Shown here: one piece after another, positions 55,073-64,000 of the stretch
Numbering within the stretch: position 1 is the first letter of the stretch
Layout: each line of letters opens with the position of its first letter
Source: Escherichia phage A7_1
Sequence record: OP795442
Reading direction: 5' to 3' (one strand)
DNA: 64,000 bases
Notes under the pieces: model-generated
Told to the model about the DNA's origin: nothing
The model's input: only the letters and a program-made list of their open reading frames with translations
Database searches by the model: none
Made by a program: the position numbers and the translations under genes

Positions 55073-57331
55073 TCACAGTTTACAAGCGCCAGATTCGCAG
55101 CCTTCATCCTCTTCATCTTCACCATCGCGAGTTTCTTGATAGTAAACAGTCTTCAGGCCAATCTTGTAAGCATACATCAGGTCACGCAGCACAATCTTAA
55201 TCGGCAGTTTGCCACCTGGATAATCCCAAGGTTTGTAGAAGGTATTGGTCGAGATCGATTGGTCAATAAACTTCTGGATGATAGCCATCAGGTTAAGATA
55301 AGCTGTCGGTCCATTCATATCCCATTTGTACTCGTACACCACACCTTCCTCACCAACACCAGGAACCAGCGTCGGAAGCATACCCGCAGGTGACTTCTTA
55401 AACGTCACTGGACCACGAGGAGGTTCAATGCCGTTGGTAGAGTTAGTAATCTGGCTTGATGTTTCACAAGGCATCATTGTGGACAACGTTGAGTTACGTA
55501 ATCCGTGCAATGCGATATCCAGACGCAAACTTTCCCAATCTTGTTGCAATTCTGCGGTATGCAACTGATCAACTTCTTTCTTGTAGCGATCGATAGGTAA
55601 GATGCCACGAGAATAAGATGTTTGATCGTACCACTCACAAGAACCACGCTCTTTCGCTAACTGAACAGAAGCTTTCAGCAGGTAGAACTGGAATGCTTCC
55701 GCAAGTTTATGAACTTCATTGGCAGCTTCCGGTGAACTATATTTAAGTCCACGTTTAGCTAAGTAATACGCCAAGTTAGTCCAGCCAATACCCAAGGTAC
55801 GACGCAGTAACGTTTTCTCTGCTGCAAGAACAGGGTAGTTCTGATAATCAAGCAGGTTATCAAGAGCACGTACCGTGATCATAACAGGTTCTTCTAAATC
55901 TTCAAGCTTCTCAATCTTCCCGAGGTTGATTGCTGATAAAGTACACAGTGCAACTTCACCAGAATCTTTCGGGTCCTTAATGTTATTGATCGGAGCCGTA
56001 GGTAATGCAATTTCCATACACAGGTTAGATTGCTTAATCGGAGCCACTTCAGGAAGGAACGGACTGTTGCTGTTGCAATGGTCAACGTTCTGAATATAAA
56101 TACGACCTGTCTGGCTACGTTCTTGAGCTAAACGAGTGAAAGCATCAGTCGCTTCAAGCTCTTTGCGAGGAATGGAAGGGTCTGCTTCCAATTTCTCATA
56201 CAGTTCTGCAAATGCTTCTTGATCCGAGAAGAAGTATTTATACAGATCACCGTTTGCTACGTTTGGATGGAAGAAACTGATCTTGCCACCTTTCTGTAAG
56301 CGAGTATAGAAGAACTTGTTGATCTGAACACCATAATCAACATGTCGTGCACGGGTGCTTTCAGTACCACGGTTGTTCTTCATTACGATCAGGTTTTCAA
56401 AGTCCCAGTGCCAAATCGGGTAGAAGTAGTTAGCTGAAGCTTTACGCAGACCACCTTGAGATGCCCAACCTAAAGATTCTTGATACATTCGAACAATGCC
56501 AACCGTACCTGCATGTTTAACTTCCCCGCCGCGAATAGGAGCGTCCTGTCCACGAATAGCACCAAAGTTCAAACCGATACCTGCTCGCTGTGCTGCATAC
56601 TTACCTTGTGCTTCAACTGCTGCAAAGATCTGGTTAATATCATCACCGGACTCAATCAGTACACAAGAACTGAATTGTCGAGTCGGAGTTCGTACACCAC
56701 CCATAATCGGAGTAGGCAGAGAAACCTTCATGGTAGAAACCATATTGTACAGATCAATCACTTTTTGTAGACGCTTCTTAGGATCTTCTTTACTCATCAA
56801 GCACATTGCGATCAGCATCAGTGCTGTCTGAGGAGATTCAAAGATTTCACCTGTTACACGATCCTTGACTAGATATTTATCTTCGTACTGACGCATAGCT
56901 GCGTAAGTGTAATCAAAATCACGGTCATGATCGATAACTGTATCTAAAAATTCAATCTCTTCTTTCGTGTAATCTGAAATAAGATGTTCATCGTATTTAC
57001 CGCGAGCTACAGTCATAAGAATGTGAGCGTACAGTGGACGAGGTTCAAAACCACCATAAGCCTGCTTACGCAGTTTAAACAGAAGCAGACGTGCTGCTGG
57101 ATACTGATAGTTTGGACTTTCTACACTAATTAGGTCCGCTGCGGACTTGATCAGGGTATCGTGAATCGCGTCGGTTTCTACACCATCATACATCTGAATC
57201 TGAGATTTCATCAGGATATCAGAAGGACTTACATCATTAACCCCTTCACAAGACCAAACTACAACACGGTTGATCTTCTCAGCTTCGAATTTCTCTACAG
57301 AACCATTACGCTTACGAACAGTAATACCCAA
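55073..57331 (-). CDS. nrdA: ribonucleotide reductase class Ia alpha subunit
   Basis: 752 aa; N-terminal ATP-cone; C-terminal Cys pair; SD AAGGAGAA. Confidence 0.9.
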   Translation of the reverse strand: MGITVRKRNGSVEKFEAEKINRVVVWSCEGVNDVSPSDILMKSQIQMYDGVETDAIHDTLIKSAADLISVESPNYQYPAARLLLFKLRKQAYGGFEPRPLYAHILMTVARGKYDEHLISDYTKEEIEFLDTVIDHDRDFDYTYAAMRQYEDKYLVKDRVTGEIFESPQTALMLIAMCLMSKEDPKKRLQKVIDLYNMVSTMKVSLPTPIMGGVRTPTRQFSSCVLIESGDDINQIFAAVEAQGKYAAQRAGIGLNFGAIRGQDAPIRGGEVKHAGTVGIVRMYQESLGWASQGGLRKASANYFYPIWHWDFENLIVMKNNRGTESTRARHVDYGVQINKFFYTRLQKGGKISFFHPNVANGDLYKYFFSDQEAFAELYEKLEADPSIPRKELEATDAFTRLAQERSQTGRIYIQNVDHCNSNSPFLPEVAPIKQSNLCMEIALPTAPINNIKDPKDSGEVALCTLSAINLGKIEKLEDLEEPVMITVRALDNLLDYQNYPVLAAEKTLLRRTLGIGWTNLAYYLAKRGLKYSSPEAANEVHKLAEAFQFYLLKASVQLAKERGSCEWYDQTSYSRGILPIDRYKKEVDQLHTAELQQDWESLRLDIALHGLRNSTLSTMMPCETSSQITNSTNGIEPPRGPVTFKKSPAGMLPTLVPGVGEEGVVYEYKWDMNGPTAYLNLMAIIQKFIDQSISTNTFYKPWDYPGGKLPIKIVLRDLMYAYKIGLKTVYYQETRDGEDEEDEGCESGACKL

Positions 57332-57342
57332 TTTATTTCTCC

Positions 57343-57591
57343 TTATTTAGTTTCAGTTTTAGTTGCAGACTTGTTGATCAGGGTATCATATTTATCGACA
57401 TTTTCAAGTGTCGGTTCACCTAATCGAACAGTCAATCCAGAATACTGATCGTGGTAAGTATCGTCATAACCAAACGAATCATCAACCAGATCATTAAACT
57501 GCAACCAACCTAAGTATTCATGCTTACTTGCAAAACCACGCTGGAACCATTTAGTTTGCTCAACCGGAACTGTCAATTTAGCTTTACCCAT
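57343..57591 (-). CDS. hypothetical protein
   Basis: 82 aa, SD AAGGAGAA. Confidence 0.5.
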   Translation of the reverse strand: MGKAKLTVPVEQTKWFQRGFASKHEYLGWLQFNDLVDDSFGYDDTYHDQYSGLTVRLGEPTLENVDKYDTLINKSATKTETK

Positions 57592-57605
57592 AATATTTCT
57601 CCTTA

Positions 57606-58079
57606 TTATTTAATCAGTGTCTCAGAAAACTCAGGAAGATCCATAACGATTGTTTCGGAACGATCTTCTTTTCGTGTGTATTTACGGGTATTCACTTTTT
57701 CAACAACCGGAATATCAAAATCCAAAGAATTAACAAAAGCCGTCGCTTTAGAACTACTAACATCTAGGATATCCATCTTTTCGTAGATATCTACAAGTGG
57801 GAATTCTGATTTGTCACGTAGACGTCCAGAAAACACTGTTGTTTCACGACAAAGGTACGGCTTATCGATACAACGTACATTCACTCGATTAATTCGATCA
57901 ATCTGACAAGGCTTATACTCTCCAGTTTCTTCATTAAGAATAGATACTTGAAATCCGATTAGGTGAAGAACTTTACGAAGCGTTTTATCATCCTTTGGAT
58001 CAAACTTCATGATTTTTGCACATTCCAGAATGAAATCCAGAGTTACTGCACCGTATTTGACTTCTTTCTTAAAACCCAT
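57606..58079 (-). CDS. hypothetical protein
   Basis: 157 aa ORF. Confidence 0.55.
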   Translation of the reverse strand: MGFKKEVKYGAVTLDFILECAKIMKFDPKDDKTLRKVLHLIGFQVSILNEETGEYKPCQIDRINRVNVRCIDKPYLCRETTVFSGRLRDKSEFPLVDIYEKMDILDVSSSKATAFVNSLDFDIPVVEKVNTRKYTRKEDRSETIVMDLPEFSETLIK

Positions 58080-58166
58080 AATTTTCTCCTCGACAACTCT
58101 TTAAAAGAGGGAGCTAATTGCTCCCATTCCTCGTATAATATAAAATTAACTAACCAATGTCAAACA

Positions 58167-59204
58167 TTATTTTGCAACATTTCCAGGAATTAGTTGTCGA
58201 TGCTGGACAAAACCTTTCAAGTTACCACTCCAGAAATTACCATCACGATCTACATGAGTAATTCCTTCTTCCCAACTGGTAGGGTCCCAAGCCACATTCA
58301 CCATTGGAACATTAGGGATAAAATCTTCCTCTGTTTCAGCGATCTCTTTAGCTTGGTGTTCAAAAGGGGACGCGTGTACCTTTTTACCACCCACAAGTCG
58401 AGAATAAATATCTAAAGCTTTATCTTTTGTACTGTCAAGTCGGCGATAACTTACCTGACCGCAGCAAGAAGAGGAAATTCGTAAAGCCTCTTCTTCACTG
58501 AGCATAACAGGCTTGCCATCTTCATCCTCTACATAATAACCAAAGAATACGAAAAAGTCATCACCAAACAATCCAATATTTTCGTAAGCATGTTCAACAT
58601 AGGGAGTATGCCAAACCCCAGGCTCCAATTTTTCTGGATGAGAAGCATCATACGCTTCTTTCATTTTCTTTGCAAGCACTTCGATTGTTGGATCTGCATC
58701 TGCATCTACACGCAACCAGAAGAAATTTTCAAACTCGGTTGCTGTGACTACCGTCTTCATCATTTGGAAAGGTTCAATCAGGCGGTTGGCAATTTGCTTA
58801 TGATACCCTGCCGTCTCAAATCGTTCAGCCCATTCAGATGCAGACTCTGCCGCTTTAACCCAAGCTTCTCGGCCTGTACAGAAAAGATTGTGAGCCAGAC
58901 CATCTTCACCATCAACCCAATCATACCAAACTTTACCGTCGTGTTCCACACCATGATCTTGCATACCTGGTTTGTTAGCCCCAAATCGAACAGGCATTGC
59001 TGTGTTATTACGAACAAGCTCAATCATCTTCTTGATCGGAACTGCACGAGAAGACATTGCGTTTCGACTAAACAGTCGATGGGTCATCAACTCAGAATGA
59101 ATAAAACGAGGATACGTCAATTCAAAAGTTGTGATTCGAGAATTTGTTACCGTACCAATAGAGTCTGCAATAATTTTAACTTCAATTTGATTCAGCTTGT
59201 CCAC
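58167..59204 (-). CDS. ThyX-like flavin-dependent thymidylate synthase (divergent)
   Basis: THRLFSRNAMSSRA aligns with ThyX RHRxxSxxxxSxRY signature (first Arg replaced by Thr); long C-terminal extension. Confidence 0.5.
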   Translation of the reverse strand: MDKLNQIEVKIIADSIGTVTNSRITTFELTYPRFIHSELMTHRLFSRNAMSSRAVPIKKMIELVRNNTAMPVRFGANKPGMQDHGVEHDGKVWYDWVDGEDGLAHNLFCTGREAWVKAAESASEWAERFETAGYHKQIANRLIEPFQMMKTVVTATEFENFFWLRVDADADPTIEVLAKKMKEAYDASHPEKLEPGVWHTPYVEHAYENIGLFGDDFFVFFGYYVEDEDGKPVMLSEEEALRISSSCCGQVSYRRLDSTKDKALDIYSRLVGGKKVHASPFEHQAKEIAETEEDFIPNVPMVNVAWDPTSWEEGITHVDRDGNFWSGNLKGFVQHRQLIPGNVAK

Positions 59205-59207
59205 TTA

Positions 59208-59435
59208 TTACTCCTTATTCTTTTCTTTAAGTACATTCAAATTATATGGTAGATAGCCTTCTAATTCTAACCAATCACCTTTTTCATTAATATATTCTAA
59301 AGATTCAATCTTGTCACCCTTTTTCTTTAGAACATTTAAAACTTGATCAACATCAAGAGAGTTATCGGAAAGCTGAAGTTTATCATCAACATACATACCT
59401 TCCCAATCATATCCTCGGAATATTACAATTTTCAT
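59208..59435 (-). CDS. hypothetical protein
   Basis: 75 aa ORF. Confidence 0.45.
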   Translation of the reverse strand: MKIVIFRGYDWEGMYVDDKLQLSDNSLDVDQVLNVLKKKGDKIESLEYINEKGDWLELEGYLPYNLNVLKEKNKE

Positions 59436-59617
59436 TTTATTTTCCTGATTTTGTAATCAACACGAACATCATACATAACGTGAAGATACATGTCAAACAT
59501 TTCTTTGCACATATCGCTTTTTACTTTGAAGGAAGCCAAAAGGCTTCCATTTTCTTTAGAAAGGATCTCTACATAATCCCCTTCCCTAACTACCCACCTT
59601 CCTTTACCACATCTCAA
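59432..59617 (-). CDS. hypothetical protein
   Basis: 61 aa ORF. Confidence 0.4.
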   Translation of the reverse strand: MRCGKGRWVVREGDYVEILSKENGSLLASFKVKSDMCKEMFDMYLHVMYDVRVDYKIRKIK

Positions 59618-60219
59618 GATTCTCTCTCCAAAATAAATTCAGCAATCGATGCCCAATCGCTAGTTACCAAGTCGTAACATCCGATCTCTTCTTCATCTTG
59701 ACTGAAGGGTGTATCATACTTGATTTTTACTACCTTGTCACTAAATTGATTCAAAAATTTATTACGATCATCAATGATGTAATCACCCGAAACTCCAGCC
59801 TTGTACTTTGTAGCATAAAAACCACACCCGTCTGTTCCATTTTCAAGGTCCAGGTTAGGGAAGTGTCGCTTCAAGAAACGAACCTTACTGCTAAAATGAC
59901 CTTTCTTGCAATAAGAAACAAACCGAATAGGGAATCCTGCGGCATGTAACTTGTTGATTGCATCTACCGCTCCCGCAATAGGGAACATCTTATCATACAA
60001 GAAAGGATCTTCCCAATAATCATAAGGAGGGATAGCCTTCTTACAGCGATCAGGGAAGTACCGAGAAAGATTGTAATCAAAATACCCATTCTCGCTAATG
60101 TCCTTGTCCATAAGGTCAGAATCAGCCTCCATATTATAGATGCTTTCCATCCAGTGCAACCAAGGCCATCCAGAATCAACGATAGTTAAGTCAACATCCA
60201 CAATGATCGCTTTTTTCAT
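59614..60219 (-). CDS. HAD-superfamily phosphatase, 5' nucleotidase-like
   Basis: N-terminal DVDLT (DxDxT) motif. Confidence 0.55.
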   Translation of the reverse strand: MKKAIIVDVDLTIVDSGWPWLHWMESIYNMEADSDLMDKDISENGYFDYNLSRYFPDRCKKAIPPYDYWEDPFLYDKMFPIAGAVDAINKLHAAGFPIRFVSYCKKGHFSSKVRFLKRHFPNLDLENGTDGCGFYATKYKAGVSGDYIIDDRNKFLNQFSDKVVKIKYDTPFSQDEEEIGCYDLVTSDWASIAEFILERES

Positions 60220-60858
60220 TTACTCTTTCCCCTCTGAGAGTTTGATAATTAATTTTGCAGTTTCAGTTAGCTTACCATTAACGTTTTCAACGTCGAAATC
60301 TCTAGGTCGTGCACTTTCAGGGAAATTCTCAGAGTAAATATAATTACGAGAATCACCTTCAAAAGTTAATTTATTACCTGTTCGTGGATCAGTACGATGT
60401 AAACGGATCAGGGTGTAATCACCATTTACCGCTTTAACTACCGGAACACTTTCATGAATAAATCCACCATCAGAGCTAATAAATGTACAAGTATAACCAT
60501 CCATTTCCATACTTTTCGCAATATCTTTAACACGCTTGGCAAGAGCAACACCGAAGTATTCTTCCCCGAAGAGAGGCTTCGCAACATTCTCCGAGATGTG
60601 GATCAGCCAGTTACGTGGGGACACTTGTTTACCTGCAACATTAAAATATGGTTGAGGTACTTCTTTATAATCACGGTGGTAAAGTGCATCCCACAGTTCA
60701 CGATTAATACCTGCAATACGAATAGCTAGATCGATAAGGGAACCTTTAAACTCCACATGAATACCCACGTTGTTGCCTACGGTAACTAACTGAGCGATCT
60801 CACCAGCAAGAGCATCTTTACCAGAAAAAGCAGGACCATTCAAATTGATAAATTTCAT
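60220..60858 (-). CDS. deoxynucleoside monophosphate kinase (T4 gp1-like)
   Basis: P-loop LNGPAFSGKD near N-terminus. Confidence 0.6.
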   Translation of the reverse strand: MKFINLNGPAFSGKDALAGEIAQLVTVGNNVGIHVEFKGSLIDLAIRIAGINRELWDALYHRDYKEVPQPYFNVAGKQVSPRNWLIHISENVAKPLFGEEYFGVALAKRVKDIAKSMEMDGYTCTFISSDGGFIHESVPVVKAVNGDYTLIRLHRTDPRTGNKLTFEGDSRNYIYSENFPESARPRDFDVENVNGKLTETAKLIIKLSEGKE

Positions 60859-60881
60859 ATTAATCTCCTCTCAGTTTCACA

Positions 60882-60908
60882 ATAAAAAACCGCCCCGAAG
60901 GGCGGTTA
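60882..60908 (-). terminator. terminator hairpin AACCGCCCCGAAGGGCGGTT (family copy)
   Basis: on minus strand followed by TTTTTT. Confidence 0.6.
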
Positions 60909-60916
60909 AATCAAAA

Positions 60917-62011
60917 TTACAGAATGTTTGCCAGCGTTTTCTTCATCGCTGCCTTCTCGCGAACATTCTGACGATCTCGTGCACAAGAACCACATTCTTG
61001 ACAACGATAAATCTTGAACTTAGACAAGAACGTTACTGCTGACTTACCTTCCTCAATAACCAGGTCGTCACTACCACAACGAACACAACGCATTGCCGTC
61101 TGATCTTTGTGGAACAATGCAATGTTCGGATGTTTACGCATGAAAGGTCGTACAGTCAGATACAGTTCTTCCAGCGTTGGAATATCACCAATGTTATATT
61201 CTTCCATCTCTTCAAATGCGGTTGGGTCACCTTCAACACAACGTCGCCACAGACTGAAACCTTCGTGCGACAGCTTACGACTATCAAGTTCAAAATAGTT
61301 ACATGCGGCTTCAAGTGCATTTGAAGGAAGAGAGAAAGCTTCTTTCAGTGCAGCCAATGTATCGATCGTAATGTAAGGACTTGGTGGTTGCATACCGTAA
61401 TATGCGAAACGCTGATTTGCCCAACCACGGTCAAAGCGAGCATTATGTGCGATGAAGATATCACATTCATCCAGAACTTTCCACAGGTCTTCGATCAACT
61501 TACGATCTGACTGGTGATCTCGTGCAAACTCTTCTGGATAATCCGTCAGCTTGCGGCTGAAGATCGACGGGTTGTGCAACCACTTACCAGCGAATGTCAG
61601 CATGTACGGTTCCATAATTACCTGCTTCGGTGCAATGAACTGTTTAAATCGTCCAAACGAATATGCAACAGAAGGAGATGTTTCAACGTCACCAAGGAAA
61701 ACTTTAGCACCTGGGTTCTGCTCTTTGATCTTTTCAATGAAATCTTTTTGAATCTTAGCAACAGGTTCACCACCCGACTCTTTCTGCTGCATATATTCTG
61801 CATAGTTTTCGTAATCTTCATACGCCGGAGTCATTTCAAGGAGTTCTTTAACACTTGAAACATCATTCTTTTCAATTTCACGACGGATCATATTACGAAC
61901 CGTGGATTCCTGAGACTCTTTACCCAATTGGCGAGCTACTTCGCGCTGAGACAGACCGTGTTTCATCAGTTGCAGAACTTGTTCAACAGTAAAAGTTACT
62001 TTATTAGTCAC
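60917..62011 (-). CDS. DEDDh 3'-5' exonuclease with N-terminal HTH and C-terminal zinc ribbon
   Basis: Exo I D-x-E (LGDVETSP), Exo III H-x4-D (IAHNARFD), CxxC..CxxC tail. Confidence 0.65.
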   Translation of the reverse strand: MTNKVTFTVEQVLQLMKHGLSQREVARQLGKESQESTVRNMIRREIEKNDVSSVKELLEMTPAYEDYENYAEYMQQKESGGEPVAKIQKDFIEKIKEQNPGAKVFLGDVETSPSVAYSFGRFKQFIAPKQVIMEPYMLTFAGKWLHNPSIFSRKLTDYPEEFARDHQSDRKLIEDLWKVLDECDIFIAHNARFDRGWANQRFAYYGMQPPSPYITIDTLAALKEAFSLPSNALEAACNYFELDSRKLSHEGFSLWRRCVEGDPTAFEEMEEYNIGDIPTLEELYLTVRPFMRKHPNIALFHKDQTAMRCVRCGSDDLVIEEGKSAVTFLSKFKIYRCQECGSCARDRQNVREKAAMKKTLANIL

Positions 62012-62021
62012 TAAAAACTCC

Positions 62022-62267
62022 TTATTTAAAAAATTCGATTACATCGGCAACAGCAAAGTCACGGATATCTTGTTTATCTACATCATACGCTTTCATAAAC
62101 CACTGTTCGCCACGATGATACGGCGATTCACCATACCACATCACTGGCGTTCCAGTTACAGTACGATAACCACACTCACCTTTCCAATTGCGATAATAAA
62201 ACCGCAGGGTTGGTAAACCGTAGGTGTTATGGTCAACTTCTTGACTCATACAAATAACCCTCCTCAA
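62022..62267 (-). CDS. hypothetical protein
   Basis: 81 aa ORF. Confidence 0.45.
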   Translation of the reverse strand: MRRVICMSQEVDHNTYGLPTLRFYYRNWKGECGYRTVTGTPVMWYGESPYHRGEQWFMKAYDVDKQDIRDFAVADVIEFFK

Positions 62268-62811
62268 GTTTATCGATAAACGCTTTTACATAAAGAGTTA
62301 TCATCTCCCCTTTATCCAAGCTCTCATCGATAACTACATTGTATCTCAATAAAGCGTTCGTTGCAATTGTTTCTTTCTTTAATCTCTTCAAATATTTTTT
62401 CAGGTCAGCAACAATCTCACCATGAAATTTCCTTGAAGAGTAATCCCTTTCGAGATAGTCAGCCATTCTACGCAGAACTTCACTCATTGTCAAGTCTGTT
62501 TTATCTTCCATATGTTTAGACCAAAGTTTTTGTACACCACCTTCGAAAAGGTTAAGAGTGCTTCCAATAACGCCCCTTACCTTTCCGTCGAAGTGGTCAT
62601 GGTCCAAACAAGGCTTCTCCATAACTTCACCCAGTATAGCACAAACTCCTTGTTGGTCAAGCAATATTTCATCACGATATTTTGCTATTTCTTTTGACCC
62701 ACTTACCCAAAGATCCTTATTTAGTTTCACACGGATAGGTGTAGTCGCCTTATCCTTTGCTGTGAATAGAGGCCTCTTTGACCGCCGCTTCCTCACTCTC
62801 GGTACTCGCAT
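62233..62811 (-). CDS. endonuclease VII-like junction resolvase (T4 gp49-like)
   Basis: CLDHDHFDGKVRGVIGSTLN matches T4 endo VII HLDHDHELNGPKAGKVRGLLCNLCN core; N-terminal start uncertain. Confidence 0.7.
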   Translation of the reverse strand: MRVPRVRKRRSKRPLFTAKDKATTPIRVKLNKDLWVSGSKEIAKYRDEILLDQQGVCAILGEVMEKPCLDHDHFDGKVRGVIGSTLNLFEGGVQKLWSKHMEDKTDLTMSEVLRRMADYLERDYSSRKFHGEIVADLKKYLKRLKKETIATNALLRYNVVIDESLDKGEMITLYVKAFIDKLEEGYLYESRS

Positions 62812-63418
62812 GTACTCCCTCCAAGGCTAAAGCCATTAATAACTCACCATGTGTTGGTTCAAGAGGGTTTTCAAAATACTCTTCCATTCCGAAACGATAA
62901 AGTGACATTGGGAAGTTTATACTACTAAACAAGCTGTTGTCAACATTATTTTTAAATTCCGGTGGAACGTTCGTATCAAATTCCCTAAAGAATTCAGATC
63001 GACTAGAGTTTATAAAAACCCTTAGAGCATTATCAAAAATTGGATTACCTTTTTGCTTAGTCAGATAAAGCAATTCTTTTAGCGAAGCCTTATCAGAAAC
63101 AGACTTAAAAGAATATCCACTAATGATGATCTCGTCAAAACACATACCTCTAACTTTTTGCCAAAAAGACCACTGTGCAGAACTGATCGTCTGAATATGC
63201 ATGTTCAGCTTAGATCGTTCATTAAACAGGTTTATATCGTAACCACTACGATCTTTCTGATAAGAACCAAACCCCAAGCTATTTGCAGTGTGCTTCAGTT
63301 TAGCAATGAAATCCCCCCTTTCGAGGGTATTCCAACAGATCACTAATTTCTTACTCTGGTAAAACTCTTCAGATTCATAGCGTTCAATAACCGTTTCGTT
63401 CAAGGTAGCATCTCCCAA
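62750..63418 (-). CDS. hypothetical protein
   Basis: 222 aa ORF. Confidence 0.5.
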   Translation of the reverse strand: MGDATLNETVIERYESEEFYQSKKLVICWNTLERGDFIAKLKHTANSLGFGSYQKDRSGYDINLFNERSKLNMHIQTISSAQWSFWQKVRGMCFDEIIISGYSFKSVSDKASLKELLYLTKQKGNPIFDNALRVFINSSRSEFFREFDTNVPPEFKNNVDNSLFSSINFPMSLYRFGMEEYFENPLEPTHGELLMALALEGVHASTESEEAAVKEASIHSKG

Positions 63419-63962
63419 TTAAGTAGGCATCTGCAAGATCTGTAGACCCGCCGTTCTTACCTGTCTTTGAATATCCAGCTAAAAACCCAGGTTCCATCAA
63501 CTCGCAAACCTTCATCATTTGATCTTTATCCATTTTAATTTTTTCCATCTTCGTACCTTTTGCATTCATCACTTCTTGTTCTTCACCAGGTAACTTACCT
63601 CGTGCCCAAGATTTAACGGATGTTGGTGCAATTGTGTGTATGTTGTCCATACTATACCCATCTCGAAGCAGTGTCAACTGAATACAGAAAAATAATCCTG
63701 CAAGATCCCTTGTCGCATTACCAGCAGAGCCGAAACTCAAAGACTCCAATACGATCTTCTCAACCTTAAAAGATTCACAAATATCTGCAATGTGTCTAGA
63801 GATGTATGCCATCTGCTCGACAGGGTTGTCAAATCGAATCTGCCAGTCCTTGGCATTTGCAGATCCGGTGGTTTTTAATACCTCTTTAAAGATCGGTTCA
63901 TTACCGTCAAAAACTACACATGCACAAGAAGCCATACTCTGATCGATGGATAAAATTTTCAC
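63384..63962 (-). CDS. RuvC-like Holliday junction resolvase
   Basis: N-terminal ILSIDQS...ACVVFD and C-terminal TDLADAYLIG resemble RuvC catalytic motifs. Confidence 0.55.
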   Translation of the reverse strand: MKILSIDQSMASCACVVFDGNEPIFKEVLKTTGSANAKDWQIRFDNPVEQMAYISRHIADICESFKVEKIVLESLSFGSAGNATRDLAGLFFCIQLTLLRDGYSMDNIHTIAPTSVKSWARGKLPGEEQEVMNAKGTKMEKIKMDKDQMMKVCELMEPGFLAGYSKTGKNGGSTDLADAYLIGRCYLERNGY

Positions 63963-64000
63963 GCTGATTCCCCTTCTTCGGTATTATCAAGATAATGATA

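Noticed and set aside
1806-61858. Antisense or shadow ORFs inside confident genes (e.g. 1806..2366, 3527..3994, 53449..53880, 54965..55393, 56496..56831, 58590..59252, 61514..61858)
   Set aside because: Embedded in opposite-strand genes with strong motif support; no SD; typical shadow ORFs.
1-64000. tRNA and rRNA genes
   Set aside because: Visual scan of intergenic regions for GTTCGAATC-type T-loops and acceptor or CCA ends found none; without tRNAscan this is absence of evidence only.

Overview
This 64-kb window looks like part of a large virulent tailed dsDNA phage of an enterobacterial-type host. Evidence: consensus sigma70 promoters (TTGACA-N16/17-TATAAT), strong Shine-Dalgarno sites, a Cca enzyme very close to the E. 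coli type, T4-like NrdC, dNMP kinase and endonuclease VII homologues, and a full aerobic plus anaerobic ribonucleotide reductase set. All functional calls come from reading motifs in the translated ORFs; no database search or tool was run. Layout: (1) 1-9.6 kb, plus-strand genes: HD-domain alarmone-hydrolase-like protein, MoxR/CobS-like AAA+ ATPase, HNH endonuclease, VWA partner protein and unknowns. (2) 9.6-10.5 kb, a non-coding block with two families of direct repeats (iteron-like) and one antisense small gene. (3) 10.8-24.6 kb, about 45 small plus-strand ORFs, almost all unknown, most with their own promoter followed by a conserved GC-rich 5' hairpin. (4) 24.6-26.5 kb, an ORF-free, repeat-dense region bounded by convergent terminators; candidate origin, packaging or terminus region. 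(5) 26.5-64 kb, minus-strand genes: many small unknowns including families with a shared C-terminal motif; three tandem RCC1-like beta-propeller paralogues, one split by a perfect 55-bp tandem duplication; a tRNA-related cluster (Cca, Pth2-like, Pol-beta nucleotidyltransferase); orphan N6-adenine MTase, ClpP-like protease, DprA/SLOG-like protein, NrdG, NrdD, PhoH, M15-type peptidase (endolysin-like), glutaredoxin, NrdB, NrdA, ThyX-like protein, HAD phosphatase, dNMP kinase, DEDDh exonuclease, endonuclease VII and a RuvC-like resolvase. No rRNA, tRNA or CRISPR array was recognised. The strongest candidates for undescribed biology are the promoter-hairpin early array, the RCC1-like triplet with its 55-bp duplication, the repeat-dense non-coding region, and the motif-sharing small-protein families.
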